Virus record (IMG/VR): IMGVR_UViG_3300025018_000257
Location: 1-41,615 of that record
Reading direction: 5' to 3' (one strand)
DNA: 41,615 nt
DNA from: a virus
Taxonomy: Duplodnaviria > Caudoviricetes
Position 1 is the stretch's first letter. Each line of letters begins with the position of its first letter. Below are positions 9,100 through 18,483 of this stretch, in pieces. The position numbers and the translations under genes were made by a program. The notes beneath the pieces are model-generated. The model had not been told where the DNA came from. It worked only from the letters and a program-made list of their open reading frames with translations, and did not search any database.

Positions 9100-9150
9100 T
9101 GTGCAGATAAGCTGCACAAAACCCGGTGTCAATCCCCTTAGCAAAAAAAA
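9100..9150 (-). promoter_or_regulatory. Sigma70-type promoter with operator palindrome
   Basis: TTGACA (9132-9127), 17 nt, TATCTG; upstream T8 tract; TGTGCAG-N5-CTGCACA (9100-9118) covers the -10. Confidence 0.7.
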
Positions 9151-9323
9151 GTTCGCCGGGCAGGATCGCGCAGCGATCCGGTGCGCCCGGCGTCCATGCT
9201 CAACCCCGGCCCCTGGCGGTGCGATCGGCCAGCGCGACGCGCCTCGAGCCCTTCCCTTCACATTTCGCTTGTCGCCCCCGCCCCTGGGCGGCTAATAGTG
9301 CTCGAGCGCGGCCGGTTGCTTGC

Positions 9324-9597
9324 TGTAACCGGGTCGGGGGGAGGGTGGTAACGCCAAGGGTAACGCCTCCGGTAACGCACAAATGTCTGAAATCGTTAAC
9401 CAATCGCGGCTTGTTACCGTGTTACCGCGATTGCGCGTGTCTCTTGATGCGCATGCGCTCGCACGCGCGCACACATTATAATGTGTTGGTATATGGGTTA
9501 CACGGTTACAACATAGGGAACTGCCCAAAAATCAGGTGATTGGCTGTAACTTTCGGCGTTACCCTGCCTTCGTGAGGGTGGGTAACAGGGTAACAGG
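9324..9597. repeat. Probable replication origin: GTAAC/GTTAC iterons around an AT-rich palindrome
   Basis: About a dozen GTAAC/GTTAC units in both orientations; purine-pyrimidine alternating tract; perfect palindrome ACACATTATAATGTGT (9471-9486). Confidence 0.6.
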
Positions 9598-9607
9598 CCG
9601 CCGCGCC

Positions 9608-9637
9608 GGTTTGGATGAAGTCGATCGACCGCTGATA
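9608..9637 (+). promoter_or_regulatory. Putative late promoter, copy 1 (GGTTTGGATGAA-N16-TA)
   Basis: Exact 12-mer at 9608-9619, TA at 9636; upstream of terS. Confidence 0.75.
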
Positions 9638-9677
9638 GGCCGCCGCCTCGCGGTGCAGTTTTCTAGGGTGATCTGGG

Positions 9678-10316
9678 GTGTCGAAGGCGGGCGGGTCGGC
9701 GGAAATTTTGGGCGAGGCGGCCGCGGCGCATCGGGCCGCGGCCGATGCCGCCCAGGGCGAGCAGCTCGGCCTCGAGCTCGACCAGGCCGAGCAGCAGCTG
9801 CTCGAAGAGCTGGCCGAGGAGGACGACGAGGACCAGCTGCCGTTCGCCGATGCCAGGGAGATCGCCGAGATCCAGCGCGAGCTCGACTGCGACGTGTACC
9901 GGGCGGTGCGCGAGCATCAGCGGCGGCAGGGCAAGGGCGGCAGGAAGCCCGGCTCGGGCAACAAGCGCAACGCCGACTTCCGCCGCTGGCTGCTGACCAT
10001 GGGGCCGCATCCGGCGGCCGTCCTGGCGCGGATCTACGGCCGGCCGACCGACCAGCTGGCGGCGCAGCTGGGCTGCAGCAAGACCGAGGCGCTCGATCGG
10101 CAGATCCGCTGCGCCGATATCGCCCTGCCGTTTGTGGAGGGGAAGATGCCGGCGACGATGAACGTCAACCTGCGCGGCGACTTCGCCCTGGTCGCGGGTG
10201 CCGGGACCGGCCTGTTCGACGATATCGCCGATGCCGAATTCGACGAGCTGCCCGCGCTGGGCTTTGCCGAGGAAAATCAGGACGATAGCGGCGACGATGC
10301 CGAGGCGTCGGATTGA
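9678..10316 (+). CDS. terS: Terminase small subunit (putative)
   Basis: GRKPGSGNK motif; upstream of terL; acidic termini. Confidence 0.6.
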   Translation: MSKAGGSAEILGEAAAAHRAAADAAQGEQLGLELDQAEQQLLEELAEEDDEDQLPFADAREIAEIQRELDCDVYRAVREHQRRQGKGGRKPGSGNKRNADFRRWLLTMGPHPAAVLARIYGRPTDQLAAQLGCSKTEALDRQIRCADIALPFVEGKMPATMNVNLRGDFALVAGAGTGLFDDIADAEFDELPALGFAEENQDDSGDDAEASD

Positions 10317-10647
10317 TGGTGTCGGATATGGCCAGCCAAGCCATTGAAGCGGCGCGCTTTTCGGCGTGTGGCCGTCAGGTTTCCGGCCTTCTCGATCGAG
10401 GTGCCACCCCGTCGCCGATCGGCGAAGCCGATCGGACCCCCCCACCCCCCCCAATCGGCGAGCTCCGCTCCCCATGCGGGGTCGCACACGGGCGATTTCG
10501 GATTTTCTGCGAAGGCCTCGCGTCGCCAATCAAGCTGCTGGCGCCTCGGGCGCTGGCGTCGATAGCCGGGACGGCTGAAAAAAATCGCGAAACCTCGGAC
10601 CCGCGCCATGGGGTCGGGGTGAACGGCTGGCGAGGAAGGGAGCCGCA

Positions 10648-12219
10648 ATGCTAGAGCGGCTGATGACCCCTGTGGGGCCGGTGGCGTCGGCGTTCGTGAA
10701 ATCGCGCGCTTTCATTTCCGGCATAATGGGGCCGGTGGGCGGTGGCAAGACTGTGGCGGGAATTGCCCGCAGCCTTCGCCTCGGCATGTCGCAGCGGGCG
10801 ATGCCGGATCCGGCGCGCGGCTGCATGGTCAAGCGGTGCCGCATCATGGCGGTGCGCGATACCTACCCCAACCTCGACCGCACGCTGATCAAGACCTGGC
10901 ACCAGTGGATCCCCAAGAACCTGGGCAAGTGGTCGGGCGACGCGCCGCGCCGGCACAGCTTCACGATCGACGTCGGCCGGCGCGGCGATCCCGGCTTCTA
11001 CCAGCTCGACATGGAAATGCTGTTTTCGGCGCTCGGCGAGCACGCGGTCGAGGATATCCTGCGCGGATTCGAGGGCACCGGGCTGTGGGCAAACGAGTGG
11101 GATCTGCTGCCGCGGATGCTGCTCGAGCTCGGCGTGGGCCGCGTCGGGCGCTTCCCGAGCGCGGGCGAGGGCGGCTGCAGGATCTCGCAGATCTTCGGTG
11201 ACTTCAACGCTCCCGACGAGGACAACCACCTGTACGATTTGTTCGTAAATCAGAAAATCGACCCTGACCTGGCCGAGCTGATCCGCGAGCAAACTGGCGG
11301 AAAACAGCCACTTTTGGAGTTTTTCGAGCAGCCGGGCGGGCTCGAGCCAAATGCAGAGAACCTGCACAATCTCGACCCCAGCGGCGAGGGCAGCCGCGAA
11401 TCGGGGCGGATCTACTACCGCAAGCAGGCGGCGGTCATGTCCGAGCAGATGAAGCTGCGGATGATCGACAACAAGTGGGGTGCGGTGCGCTCGGGCATGC
11501 CGGTCTATCCCGAGTGGTCGGACAGGATCCACACCGCCGATCTCGAGCCGGTGAAGGGCCTGCCGCTGCGAATCGGCATGGATGCGGGGCTGACGCCTGC
11601 CGCGGTGATAGGGCAGCGCCTGGCGAGCGGGCAATGGCGGATCCTCGCCGAGCTGGCGACGATCATCGACCAGGAGGACGAACAGCTCGACACGGTCGGC
11701 CCGACCGCGTTCGGCGAGGCGCTGGCCGACTTGCTGGCATCGCGTTTCCCTGGCTTCCCGGTCGAGTATGCCGCCGCCGACCCTATGGCAGCCAAGGGCA
11801 CCGATCAGAGCGGCAACGAAATGTCGTGGCTGCAGACGGTCGCGAAGGTGGCGAAGATCCGCGTTCGGCCGGCGCCGGTGCCGAACAACGACCTGACGAT
11901 CCGGCTCGAGGCGGTGCGGCGCCCGCTCAAGCGGTTGATCGAGCAGGGACAGCCGGGGCTGCTGGTCGACCGCCGCTGCACGGTGCTGCGGCGCGGGTTC
12001 AATTCGGGCTACGTGTTCCGCCGCACGGCGGTGGCCGGCGGCGACAGCCGGTACGAGAACCGCCCGAGCAAGAACCAGTATTCGCACGTGCACGACGGGC
12101 TGCAGTACCTGCTGGTGGCGGGCGGCGAGGGCCGCGTGGCGGGTGCGGGGCTGGCGGGTTTGGATGAAAGCCGCGCGCGCAAGGTAACGGTGCAGGCCGA
12201 TTACAACCCGTTCGCCTGA
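10648..12219 (+). CDS. terL: Terminase large subunit
   Basis: Walker A GPVGGGKT, VRDTYP.L, WANEW, DFNAPD; RNaseH-like IGMDAGLTPAAV and HVHDGLQY. Confidence 0.93.
   Translation: MLERLMTPVGPVASAFVKSRAFISGIMGPVGGGKTVAGIARSLRLGMSQRAMPDPARGCMVKRCRIMAVRDTYPNLDRTLIKTWHQWIPKNLGKWSGDAPRRHSFTIDVGRRGDPGFYQLDMEMLFSALGEHAVEDILRGFEGTGLWANEWDLLPRMLLELGVGRVGRFPSAGEGGCRISQIFGDFNAPDEDNHLYDLFVNQKIDPDLAELIREQTGGKQPLLEFFEQPGGLEPNAENLHNLDPSGEGSRESGRIYYRKQAAVMSEQMKLRMIDNKWGAVRSGMPVYPEWSDRIHTADLEPVKGLPLRIGMDAGLTPAAVIGQRLASGQWRILAELATIIDQEDEQLDTVGPTAFGEALADLLASRFPGFPVEYAAADPMAAKGTDQSGNEMSWLQTVAKVAKIRVRPAPVPNNDLTIRLEAVRRPLKRLIEQGQPGLLVDRRCTVLRRGFNSGYVFRRTAVAGGDSRYENRPSKNQYSHVHDGLQYLLVAGGEGRVAGAGLAGLDESRARKVTVQADYNPFA
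12157..12186 (+). promoter_or_regulatory. Putative late promoter, copy 2 (inside the terL 3' end)
   Basis: 12-mer at 12157-12168, TA at 12185. Confidence 0.7.
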
Positions 12220-12238
12220 TCGCAGGGAGGTCCAGCAC

Positions 12239-12421
12239 ATGAAAGTCAAGGCACCCAAGCAGGCTGCTGCAGCCCCGCTCCCGCGGCGCGACGACACGCT
12301 CGAGCGGGTGCGCCGCGAGCGCGAGCTGCGCCGCCGGCGCGGCGGTGCGGCAGATATCCTGACCGGAGTGGACGGCGCCGAGGCGACCCCCGTCGGGGTG
12401 AAGCAAATCCTCGGCATGTGA
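12239..12421 (+). CDS. Small basic pre-portal protein (60 aa)
   Basis: GGGAGG RBS; RRRRGG..ILTG...K.ILG pattern typical before podoviral portals. Confidence 0.75.
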   Translation: MKVKAPKQAAAAPLPRRDDTLERVRRERELRRRRGGAADILTGVDGAEATPVGVKQILGM

Positions 12422-12432
12422 AAGGACCGCAA

Positions 12433-13065
12433 GTGACCGACCATACCAATTCCGACACCGGTGCCGGGCAGGATCCCGCCGCCGAGGGTGCAACCGCCAG
12501 CGAGACGCCGGCGATCGACGCGGAGGTGGCTGCTGCCGACGGGGCGGTCGATGCCGCCGTCGCTCTTGCAGCAGCAGCCGCTGCCGCCGAGGCCGACGAG
12601 AAGGCCCAGCGCGAAGGCTTTGCCGATGCCAAGGCCAAGGAAGCGGCCGAGGCCGTTGCCGCTGCCAAGGCCAAGGCTCCCAGGAAGCCGCGCGCGTCGA
12701 AGAAGAAGCCCGGCGGCGGTTTCAAAACGCTCGCGCTCGACCCCGAGGGCCGCGCCAAGCTGGCCCAGCTGGTCGCCGACAGGGTGCCGGTGAAGATCGC
12801 GCTCGGCGACGAGAACCGCGTGCAGGGTGAGCTGCCGGTGACCGAGGCCATGCTGTCGCCCAAGCGACGCCTGTTCGTTTCCACCGCCGCGCTCAACTTC
12901 ACCGGCGCGGCGCTGACCCGCGGGCGACGGATCACGCACGTGTACGGCTTCGCGCCCGACCGCACGATCAACGATGCGCCGCTGGTGCGGGTCGAGCTGG
13001 CCGCCCCCCTGATGGTTTCGCCCGGCGAGCAGCTGCAGCTGCCGCCCGGCGGCGTCGCCTTCTAG
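12433..13065 (+). CDS. Hypothetical protein, Ala-rich N-terminus
   Basis: AAAGGA RBS before GTG; coding-like codon usage. Confidence 0.7.
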   Translation: MTDHTNSDTGAGQDPAAEGATASETPAIDAEVAAADGAVDAAVALAAAAAAAEADEKAQREGFADAKAKEAAEAVAAAKAKAPRKPRASKKKPGGGFKTLALDPEGRAKLAQLVADRVPVKIALGDENRVQGELPVTEAMLSPKRRLFVSTAALNFTGAALTRGRRITHVYGFAPDRTINDAPLVRVELAAPLMVSPGEQLQLPPGGVAF

Positions 13066-13083
13066 GCGAAGGGCTGGCCGGGC

Positions 13084-14718
13084 GTGGAAACGCAGGAAAT
13101 CGTCGACGATATTCTGCATCACCAGGGCGAGCTGGAGAGCCAGCGCCTGCCCTGGGAGCCGTTGTGGCGCGAGATCGACCAGCGGGTGAACCCGCTGGGC
13201 GAAGGCGCGTTCAACGAACAATCGCCCGGCCAGCTCAATGGCCTCGACATTTTCGACCATACCGCCTCGCTCGGGCTCGACCGCTTCACCGCGGCCTATA
13301 CCGGGATGATCATCCCGCGCGGCGAGCGGTACCACACGCTGGTGTCGACCAGTCCCTCGCTCAACGAGACGCCGCAGTTCCAGGCCTGGGCCGAGCTGGC
13401 GACCGACCGGCTGTTCTCGGCGCGCTATTCGCCCGAGGCGGGTTTCGATCCCGAAGCGAACATGAACATTCGCTCGCTCGGCTCCTACGGCTGCGGCCCG
13501 TTCTGGATCGACTGGCGGCCGGGACGCGGGATCTTCTACAAGACGCTGCACCTGTCCGAGTGCTACGTCGACGAGGACTATACCGGCCGGGTCGACACGC
13601 TGCACCGCAAGTTCCGCTGGACGGTGCGCAAATGCGCGCAGCAGTTCGGCGCCGCGAACCTGGTCGGAGTGCTGCGCAAGGATTTCGACGAGCGCAAGTT
13701 CGACAAGCAGCACGATATCCTGCACGTCGTGCGGCCGCGCCACGATCGCGACCCCGAGCGGTTCGATTACCGTAGCATGGCGATCGAAAGCCGGTACATC
13801 TGCCTGTCCGACAAGCTGCAGATCCGCGAGGGTGGCTACCGCAAGCGGCCGATCGCCTTCTCGCGCTATGTCACCGGGCCGCGCGAACGCTATGGCCGCT
13901 CGCCGGCGGCGCAGGTGATGGGCGCGATCCGCACGGTCAACGCGATGGCCAAGACGATCCTGCGCGCCGGCCACCGCGCGGTCGACCCGCCGCTGCTGGT
14001 GCCCGACGACGGGGTGCTGTCGACCATCCACACGGCGCCGGGCAAGGTGACGGTGGGCGGGCTCGACGTGATGGGCAACCCGCAGATCGTGCCGCTGGCA
14101 CACGGCGGCGAGCTGCAGATCGGGATGGAGCTGCTCAACAACGAACGCGAGCCGATCCGTGACGCCTTTCTCGAAAAGGTGTGGTCGCTGGTGCTAGAAC
14201 GGCGCGATCGCATGACTGCTACGGAGGTGCTGGAGATCAGCCGCCTGCAGGGCATGTTGCTGGCACCGATGGCGAGCCGGCAGGAAGTCGAATGGCTCGG
14301 CCCGCAGATCGAACGCGAGCTCGACCTGTTGATCGACAACGGCGTGATCCCCAAGCCGCCGCCCGAGTTCTATGAGGAAGGCGCGGCGCTGCGGGTGATC
14401 TACGACAATCCGCTGTCGCGCGCGGCCAAGGCCGAGGAGGCGTTGGGGTTCTCGCGCTGGGTCGAGGTGATGGCGCCGGTCGCGGCGATCGACCCGAGCG
14501 TGTACGACGCGATCAACACCGAGCAGGCCCCGCGCGAGCTGGCCAAGGCGCTGGCGGTGCGCACCGCCTATCTCTCGTCGCCCGAGGACGTGGCAGCCAA
14601 GCGCGAGGCGCGCGAGCAGGAACAGGCGATCCGTTCGGCGCTTGCCGGGCTCAAGGATGCCGGCGCGGCGGTGAAGGATCTTTCTGCAGCGCGCGGACAG
14701 GAGTCGGTGATTGCCTGA
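13084..14718 (+). CDS. Portal (head-tail connector) protein
   Basis: 544 aa; E.YGRSPA, RAVDPPL, RMTATEV motifs of BPP-1/T7-type connectors. Confidence 0.92.
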   Translation: METQEIVDDILHHQGELESQRLPWEPLWREIDQRVNPLGEGAFNEQSPGQLNGLDIFDHTASLGLDRFTAAYTGMIIPRGERYHTLVSTSPSLNETPQFQAWAELATDRLFSARYSPEAGFDPEANMNIRSLGSYGCGPFWIDWRPGRGIFYKTLHLSECYVDEDYTGRVDTLHRKFRWTVRKCAQQFGAANLVGVLRKDFDERKFDKQHDILHVVRPRHDRDPERFDYRSMAIESRYICLSDKLQIREGGYRKRPIAFSRYVTGPRERYGRSPAAQVMGAIRTVNAMAKTILRAGHRAVDPPLLVPDDGVLSTIHTAPGKVTVGGLDVMGNPQIVPLAHGGELQIGMELLNNEREPIRDAFLEKVWSLVLERRDRMTATEVLEISRLQGMLLAPMASRQEVEWLGPQIERELDLLIDNGVIPKPPPEFYEEGAALRVIYDNPLSRAAKAEEALGFSRWVEVMAPVAAIDPSVYDAINTEQAPRELAKALAVRTAYLSSPEDVAAKREAREQEQAIRSALAGLKDAGAAVKDLSAARGQESVIA

Positions 14719-15040
14719 CGCAAATCCCCAGGGCGTGCGCGGCGTGATGGCCGAGGCCTTGAGCGAGGCGCTCGAGGTCGGCCAGGTCATTCTCAACGGG
14801 CGCCGCGCGTTCCATTACCAGCGCGTGTTCCACGACAGGGACGGGAAGCTGACCACGTCGGGCGAGCGGGTGCTGGCCGACCTGGCGCGCTTCTGCCGCG
14901 CCAACGAATCGACGTTCCATGCGGATCCGCGGACGCACGCGCTGCTCGAGGGGCGGCGCGAGGTGTGGTTGCGGATCTGCGGTTTTCTCGGTGTCGACAG
15001 CGCAATGGCTGTCAAGTTCGTGGAGGTGAAAGATGAGTGA
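14711..15040 (+). CDS. Bbp19-like protein
   Basis: YQRVF...GERVLADLARFC...LEGRREVWLRI; between portal and scaffold. Confidence 0.75.
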   Translation: MPDANPQGVRGVMAEALSEALEVGQVILNGRRAFHYQRVFHDRDGKLTTSGERVLADLARFCRANESTFHADPRTHALLEGRREVWLRICGFLGVDSAMAVKFVEVKDE

Positions 15041-16031
15041 TGCAGCAGCAGGTGCAGCGGGTGACGCAGGTGCAGCCGGTGCGGGCGGTGCGGCCGGCGC
15101 GGGTGATGCAGGTGCTGGCGGTGCCGCCGTCGGCGCGGCGGCGCTGATCGGCCAGGGCGGCGGCGATGGCGGCGGTGCGGCCGGTGCGGCCGGTGACGGC
15201 GGTGCGGGCGGCGACGCCGGTGCGGCGGGTGATACTCGGTGGCTCGAGAGCTTTTCGGCGGCCGCGCCGGCGGCCGATCAGAAATCGAACCGCGACTGGC
15301 TGACGGCCAAGGGCTTCAAGGATCCCGACGCGGCGATCGCCGGCTACCGCGAGCTGGAGAAGCGCCTGGCAGCGGGCGACAAGCTGGTGGTGCCGAAGGA
15401 CGGCGACGCGCCCGAAGTGGTCGAGCGGTACGCTAAGGCGATCGGCCGGCCCGACACGCCCGAGGGCTACGAGGTCAAGATGCCCGAGGGTATGGAGGCC
15501 GACGCGACGCTGCTGGCGAAGATGCAGCAGGTGGCGTTCGAGCAGGTGCTGCCGCCCAAGGCGTTGCAGGCGATGGTCGATGTCTTCAACGAACACGGCG
15601 CGGCGCTGGTGCAGGGCCAGTCCGACGAGGCGCTGGCGGCCAAGCAGGCCGGGGTCGAGGCGCTGCGCAAGGGGTGGGGCGCCGATTTCGATGCCAATGT
15701 CGGCTATGCCAACAAGGCTATCGCCGGGCTCGAGCTCGACATGGACACGGTGACCGGGATCGAGAGCGGCATCGGTACCGAAAAGACCATGCAGCTGCTC
15801 GCGCGCCTCGGTCGCGGCATGGGCGAGGACGCGCTGCTGGGCGAAGGCGGCGGCAAGTTCCAGATCCCGGTCGAGCAGGCCAAGGCCGAGCTCGACGCGA
15901 TGAAAACCGACCGCGACCAGGCGGCCAAAATCCTGGCCGGCGACAAGACGCTGACCGCGCGGCGCGACATGCTGCAGCGCGTGGTGGCGGCGCACGAAGC
16001 GGCGGCGCAGCGCCGCGCGGCGCAAGGTTAG
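15033..16031 (+). CDS. Capsid scaffolding protein
   Basis: Gly/Ala low-complexity N-terminus; YRELEK, IGRPDTPEGY, LRKGWG; precedes the capsid gene. Confidence 0.85.
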   Translation: MSDAAAGAAGDAGAAGAGGAAGAGDAGAGGAAVGAAALIGQGGGDGGGAAGAAGDGGAGGDAGAAGDTRWLESFSAAAPAADQKSNRDWLTAKGFKDPDAAIAGYRELEKRLAAGDKLVVPKDGDAPEVVERYAKAIGRPDTPEGYEVKMPEGMEADATLLAKMQQVAFEQVLPPKALQAMVDVFNEHGAALVQGQSDEALAAKQAGVEALRKGWGADFDANVGYANKAIAGLELDMDTVTGIESGIGTEKTMQLLARLGRGMGEDALLGEGGGKFQIPVEQAKAELDAMKTDRDQAAKILAGDKTLTARRDMLQRVVAAHEAAAQRRAAQG

Positions 16032-16074
16032 GCGGCCCCGGTTTCCTCTCCCTGTTGACGCGGCCGACCGAAGG

Positions 16075-16110
16075 AAGCGGCGGGGTTTGGATGAAAGCCC
16101 CGCCGCTTTT
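16075..16110 (+). terminator. Terminator-like hairpin overlapping late promoter copy 3
   Basis: AAGCGGCGGGG (16075-16085) pairs with CCCCGCCGCTT (16098-16108); TTTT at 16107-16110. Confidence 0.55.
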
Positions 16111-16113
16111 GTA
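16084..16113 (+). promoter_or_regulatory. Putative late promoter, copy 3
   Basis: 12-mer at 16084-16095, TA at 16112; upstream of the capsid gene. Confidence 0.75.
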
Positions 16114-16259
16114 TGGCGGCATGGTTCGGCAAGCCGGGGAGCGCCCTGGCCCGGCGAGCAGGAGGGGCAGACCCCCGCGCAAGCGTGCGACAACGCCAGA
16201 AAGACCCGGCCGGTGCGGCGGGCAAGTCTTTCGATCCTCCCCGATTGAAAGGAAAACCC

Positions 16260-17180
16260 ATGTTCGAGAGCGAAATTCCGCAGACGTTCCGCACCAAGTA
16301 CCGCGACAACGTCGAATTCCTGCTGGAGCAGAACGATTCCAAGCTGCTCAAGTGCGTCACCGAGGTCGACGCCAGCGGCGAGCTGTTCAAGCTGACCGAC
16401 CACGTCGGCGACGTTAACCCCTATCGCAAGACCGGGCGCAACGATCCGACCGAGTACCTCGAGGTCAGCCATGACGGCCGCTGGGTGGCGCAGCCCGATC
16501 CGATCGTGGCGGCGATGCTGGTCGACAGCCAGGACAAGCTGGCCTCGGGCATCGACCTGCAGGGCACCTATACCCAGACCGCGGCGCGGGCGATCGCGCG
16601 CGGTACCGACGATATCATCATCGGCGGGATCTACGGTACGGTGCAGACCGGCCGCAACGGCACGGTGCTGACCACCTTCGATTCGGGCAACGTCGTGCCG
16701 GTGGACGAAGGCGGCGCGGGCAACGTCAACCTGACCGTCACCAAGCTGCGCGCAGCCTGGGAAATCCTCGCTGCCAACCATGTCGATCTCGACATGGAGG
16801 AGTTCTGGATGGCGATCACCGCCAGCCAGGCTGCGGCGCTGATGGCCGAGGTCCAGGCAGTGAGCAAGGATTACGCCGCGCGCGGCGACGAGATCCGCGA
16901 CGGCCGCCTGCACAAGCTGTTCGGCTTCAACTTCGTGCATATCGAGCTGGGCAACCCCCGGTTCGAGAACGCCGATCTGACGGTCGACGGCAGCGGCTAC
17001 CGCAAGGTGCCGTTCTGGGCCAAGTCGGGCATGGTGGCGGCGTTCTGGGAACGCATGTTCACCGACGTCACCCGCCTGCCCACGCGCCACTACTCGGCGC
17101 AGACCTATGCGCGCCGTGCGGTCACTGCCGCACGCCTGCAGGAAGGCAAGGTCGGCTACATCCTCTGCAACGAGGCATAG
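16260..17180 (+). CDS. Major capsid protein
   Basis: GAAAGGA RBS; LLEQNDSKL, AIARGTDDIII, FGFNFV, AARLQEGKV; 306 aa after the scaffold. Confidence 0.9.
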   Translation: MFESEIPQTFRTKYRDNVEFLLEQNDSKLLKCVTEVDASGELFKLTDHVGDVNPYRKTGRNDPTEYLEVSHDGRWVAQPDPIVAAMLVDSQDKLASGIDLQGTYTQTAARAIARGTDDIIIGGIYGTVQTGRNGTVLTTFDSGNVVPVDEGGAGNVNLTVTKLRAAWEILAANHVDLDMEEFWMAITASQAAALMAEVQAVSKDYAARGDEIRDGRLHKLFGFNFVHIELGNPRFENADLTVDGSGYRKVPFWAKSGMVAAFWERMFTDVTRLPTRHYSAQTYARRAVTAARLQEGKVGYILCNEA

Positions 17181-17296
17181 TCGCCACCACGGCAGGGGCG
17201 GGCTTAGGCCCGCCTCCGCTACCGGCCTGACGGAGCCGCGATCCGCCACCTGGATATGCCGCCACCCGGCGGTGTCGAGAAGAAGGAATTGAGAAA

Positions 17297-17743
17297 ATGG
17301 CCGAAACCTATTCGGACGAAACGGACGGCCGGCTCGATGTGTCGGGCCGGGCGCAGATCCCCTCGCAGATCTATCGCGCAACGCTCAAGCGCATCCGCGC
17401 GACGATCCCCTACGATGGCCAGGCGTCCGGCGACACGGTGGTGCTGGGCGAGCTGCCGCCCGGCGCGGTGTTCGCCTTTGGCGTCATCAACGCCACCGCG
17501 ACTGCCGGTGCATCTGCGACGATCGCGATCGGCACGGCTGAGAGCGCGGCGAAGTACCGGGCCGCGGCGGTGTTTACCACGGCCGACACGCCGACGCTGT
17601 TCGGCAAGGCGGCGGCGGTGGGGTCGGCAGCGGATCCGCTGACCGCGCCCGAGCGCGTGATCGCCACTGTCGGCACGGCGGCGCTGCCGACCAGCGCCGA
17701 CTACATGGTGGTCGATCTCTACTATTCGGGCGACGCCGCCTAA
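17297..17743 (+). CDS. Capsid cement/decoration-like protein
   Basis: Beta-rich, GDTVVLGELPPGA; immediately after the capsid gene. Confidence 0.65.
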   Translation: MAETYSDETDGRLDVSGRAQIPSQIYRATLKRIRATIPYDGQASGDTVVLGELPPGAVFAFGVINATATAGASATIAIGTAESAAKYRAAAVFTTADTPTLFGKAAAVGSAADPLTAPERVIATVGTAALPTSADYMVVDLYYSGDAA

Positions 17744-17865
17744 GGCGCCTGCCCGATTGCCCCGGCACCGAGGCGGGGCGGCGGCGGCCAGTGCACCCAG
17801 GAGCGCGCTTTCACCCTCCTGCACGGCCGCCGCCATTCCGCTGTAACTGGTAAGGATAACCCGAC

Positions 17866-18483
17866 ATGGATCGCCTCGACCTGATGCGCCTGGCCCTGAC
17901 CAACCTGGGCGTGGACGAACAGCTCGACGATCCCGATGCCACCGACAGCCGCGCCGCGCGGGCCTTCCGCGACGTGTGGGATATGACCCGCGACGCGACG
18001 CTTCGCGCGCACCTGTGGAACTTCGCAGTCGATCCGGCGGGGCGGCAGCTGACCGCCGATGGCGCTTTTACCGCCGCCACGCTGGGCGACCACAGCCACA
18101 GGTTTGCGCTCCCCGAGGATTACCTGCGTCTCGACCTGCAGCGACTGCGGCCCGAGAACCTGCGCCGCGACGTGCGCGTTTCGCGCCGCTACATCTACGC
18201 CAATGACGCCGGCCCGATCCACATCGCTTACGTCGCGCGGGTGGAAGCCGTCGGCGAGTGGGATGAGCTGTTCTGCAATGCCTTCGCCTGGCGCCTGGCG
18301 GCGGCCACGACCAAGCGCATTACCGGCGGCGCTCCGGCGGCGGCGGGGTTGATGCAGGAGTTCCGCGCCGCGGTGCTTGAAGCCAAGTCGATCGACGGGC
18401 GCGAGAACCCGCCCGAGGAAATCGAGGACACCGATTGGGTGGCGTCCCGGTACGACGGGAGCCCAGGCCAGAGGTTTTACTGA
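17866..18483 (+). CDS. Tail tubular protein A (adaptor)
   Basis: ALTNLG, LRAHLWNFA, FALPEDYLR, F..AFAWRLA. Confidence 0.85.
   Translation: MDRLDLMRLALTNLGVDEQLDDPDATDSRAARAFRDVWDMTRDATLRAHLWNFAVDPAGRQLTADGAFTAATLGDHSHRFALPEDYLRLDLQRLRPENLRRDVRVSRRYIYANDAGPIHIAYVARVEAVGEWDELFCNAFAWRLAAATTKRITGGAPAAAGLMQEFRAAVLEAKSIDGRENPPEEIEDTDWVASRYDGSPGQRFY

Noticed and set aside
10313-10654. 113-aa ORF between terS and terL
   Set aside because: Poor codon bias and homopolymer tracts; more likely cis-acting DNA. Overlaps at both ends mean it is not fully excluded.
15033-15235. Gly/Ala repeat at the scaffold N-terminus
   Set aside because: Common low-complexity feature of this scaffold family, with degenerate codons.
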